Shown: one piece after another, positions 61,593-64,000 of the stretch
How positions within the stretch are numbered: position 1 is the stretch's first letter
How the letters are laid out: every line of letters begins with the position of its first letter
Assembly (NCBI GenBank): GCA_016748015.1
Contig: JAAOMT010000603.1
Span: forward strand, 353,532-417,531
Reading direction: 5' to 3'
DNA from: Geosiphon pyriformis uo1
Taxonomy: Eukaryota; Fungi; Glomeromycota
Length of the DNA stretch: 64,000 nt
The notes under the pieces: generated by a model
Told to the model about the DNA's origin: nothing
Databases searched by the model: none
What the model saw: only the letters and a program-made list of their open reading frames with translations
Translations under genes and position numbers: made by a program

Positions 61593-63250
61593 CCAACCAA
61601 CCAACCAACCAACCAACCAACCCACAATATCGAAGGGTAAGGGATCGACTTAAAAAACAGCGTGCTGAATACGAATTACCATTACCACAATTAAAGTCGC
61701 TCAGAAAAGATTTATTCACTGCTCTCAAGGTAACTAAAATATTCTTTTGGTTAGCTATTACCTCTTTATTAATTTGGAATAACTTATCTCAATATACGAT
61801 TTAGTCTTATACCAACCTAAGCTCGCAAATCGGTGATGACCGACCAATTTCACAATCTGTATTTTCTCCCAACTGCCAATTAATAGCAACTGGGTCTTGG
61901 GGCGGTTTGTGTAAATTATGGAGTGTTCCAAGTTGTGATTCTGTTGGGACTTTAAAAGGTCAGTTTTATCTTCCAGAAAATATCTGTTTTTGATTACTTC
62001 AGAATTTCCGCTGATCAATTTATTTTAAATTTAGGTCATACTGATCGTATTGGGGGGATTGCTTGGCATCCAGAGGCCACAATTTCTATAGGAGCAAATA
62101 GTGTTAATTTGGCATCTGGAGCAGCCGATTGTTTGATCCATCTATGGTCGTTGGAAAGCGAATTACCTATTGCTTCATTACAAGGTCATGCTGCAAGGGT
62201 TGCAAAAATTGATTTTCATCCTTCAGGAAGGTTTCTTGGAAGTGCTAGGTAATTCTTTTGCAAGATTCTTGCATTTTCTGATCTAAAATGGTTGAAAGTT
62301 TCCACAAATTTGACCCCATGTTATAGTGATGATACCACGTGGCGATTATGGGATATTGAAACCACTGTAGAGTTGTTACTTCAAGAAGGACATGCCAAGG
62401 AAGTTTGTGCAATTCGTTTTCAAAAGGATGGTGCTCTAATTGCTACCGGGTAGGTACGTCTCGAACATTTAAAACTTCCTGCACTTAAAAATTCCTCGCT
62501 TATATTCTTTGAATATTCTCCAGTGGTCGGGATTCCATCGGACGTGTTTGGGATTTGAGAACTGGTAGATCTACAATGGTTTTAGAGGGTCACATAAATG
62601 AAATATTTGCCGTGGATTTCTCGCCCAATGGGTAATTTTTACGAATTTATCTCCCTTTTCAATCCAAAGAAAGTCGAATTAAACTTTAAAAAATGTTCAA
62701 AATCATCTAGGTACCAAGTAGCAACCGGAAGTGGAGACAATACAATACGAATATGGGACATTCGTACATTACGTTCAATTTACACCATTGCTGCCCATAA
62801 ATCATTAGTTTCTGACTTGAAATTCTTTCACGGTTCTTCAAGTTTCGTCAATGAAGAATGGTCAAATAGTGTTAAATCTACCATTTCCGGATTATATATG
62901 GCTAGTTCTGGGTTCGATGGAGTCATAAACATATGGTCAGCAGATGATTGGAATTTGCTGAAAAGCTTGGCGGGTCACCATGGGAAAGTTATGGCAGTTG
63001 ATGTTTCTTCAGGTAAGTTATTTCGGATGAAATGTTGTATTAAAGAAATTAATTTTTGCTATTTTCAATGTATTCTCAAATTTCTAGATAACAATTTTAT
63101 CGCTTCTTGTGGATCCGACCGTACATTTAAACTGGTAATTATTGAACCTTTGTCAATTTATTTTCAATTTCTACTTTGAAAATAACAATATTTTTCAATC
63201 ATACTCGAAATTTTTATATTAAGTGGTCGAACGAAAGCATGGAACTTTAG
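60619..63250 (+). CDS. PRP4: U4/U6 snRNP protein Prp4 (PRPF4; SFM domain plus WD40 repeats), 13 exons, 538 aa
   Basis: Exons 60619-60762, 60842-60878, 60951-61132, 61199-61303, 61394-61473, 61636-61729, 61805-61958, 62035-62248, 62327-62449, 62524-62631, 62711-63012, 63088-63134, 63224-63250 sum to 1617 nt in one frame. Motifs: [101 protein letters not shown]. Confidence 0.93.
61532..61621. repeat. Compound (ATCA)n(ACCA)n microsatellite in PRP4 intron 5
   Basis: Direct reading; about 15 ATCA units then about 7 ACCA units. Confidence 0.9.
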
Positions 63251-63634
63251 CAGTTAAATTTAACACCAATGAAAATTATTCGTCATGTCTGCCTTTGGGA
63301 ACAAGACAAAGATAATTAATAATAAAAATTGTTCCCATTTCTAATTAATGAGTTTTTCGGTTCCGACGTTCAAACCAAAGCCGAATGAAATCAGTTTGCA
63401 AAGTTTTGTGTGTTCCTCGATGTTTCTTCAAGGCCTTCGTTATATAAAACCAAATAAAATAATCTTGGGCTCATTTCCATATAAATTTATGTTTACTACG
63501 AGCTTGTTCCTCGAGTCGATTAATACGAAAGTATCTTTAGGTAAATCTTAGATATGAGGCAGGGAGATTTCTTTAGATAAATCATATTGAGAACTTAAAC
63601 TTTCGGTTCTTGGAAATACCTTTTGGATATAAAT

Positions 63635-64000
63635 TTATAAAATATCGTCCCAAGTCTCGTTATAGTGGCCATCATTATCTTCGTCTGATTCATCAGCTTC
63701 GCTGTCATCGACATCTACTTTTTCTCGTTTTAACATGCATTCTAAGAAGATGGATTATTTTAATTACTGTCGAAAAGTACCGAGATCAAATAAAAAATAA
63801 TAAAAATAATTCCTACTGCGACATCTCGCCTTTTCAGCGTTTTTACGTTGAGCCTAAAAACAAAAACAATTAATTTCGATTAAAAAAGTAATACACATAA
63901 TATTTTCTTTAGGAATGGAATTTAACAGATTGCTTCGAGTAAAAGCATATCTTAATATTTTGGAGTTGAGAGAGGCCCTACTAATTTGGAAACGAAGAGA
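63635..64000 (-). CDS. Possible 3' exons of a gene entering from the right edge
   Basis: Exon-like 63741-63635 after an AG reads CMLKREKVDVDDSEADESDEDNDGHYNETWDDIL*. Upstream pieces (AQRKTLKRRDVA) could not be spliced unambiguously. Confidence 0.3.

Noticed and set aside
61416-61640. 74-aa ORF with NQSI/NQPT repeats
   Set aside because: Artefact of the intronic tetranucleotide microsatellite.
63810-63853. AQRKTLKRRDVA as a histone-fold (NF-YC/DPB3-like) exon
   Set aside because: Too short, and it could not be spliced into a consistent frame with neighbouring segments.

Overview
Eukaryotic, very AT-rich, intron-containing genomic DNA. The gene and transposon repertoire points to a Glomeromycotina-type (Mucoromycota) fungus, which is an inference. 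Left arm (1-10.6 kb): a secreted hypothetical protein (partial), a decayed kelch-repeat gene, a decayed Crinkler/REase-like gene, a previously unannotated frameshifted C-terminal remnant of a Fanzor2/IS607-TnpB RNA-guided nuclease (7547-7905), an intronless bacterial/protist-type galE and a 3-exon pyrimidine 5'-nucleotidase. Middle (~11.4-58.6 kb): a nested retrotransposon island with three near full-length RNase H-bearing LINEs plus LINE relics. Two full-length Ty3/Gypsy elements and five solo LTRs from three LTR families sit inside it, all with 4-bp target-site duplications, and everything is eroded by C>T/G>A transitions. The two Gypsy elements belong to different LTR families but share an unusual layout: long Gag N-terminal extension, stop codon after RNase H, integrase apparently as its own ORF, and a homologous non-env ORF3 running through the PPT into the 3' LTR. 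One has a canonical -1 frameshift signal at gag/pol; the other carries a dUTPase. Right arm: a small hypothetical gene, a 13-exon PRP4 gene and possible 3' exons of a convergent gene. All alignments were done by eye; no searches were run.
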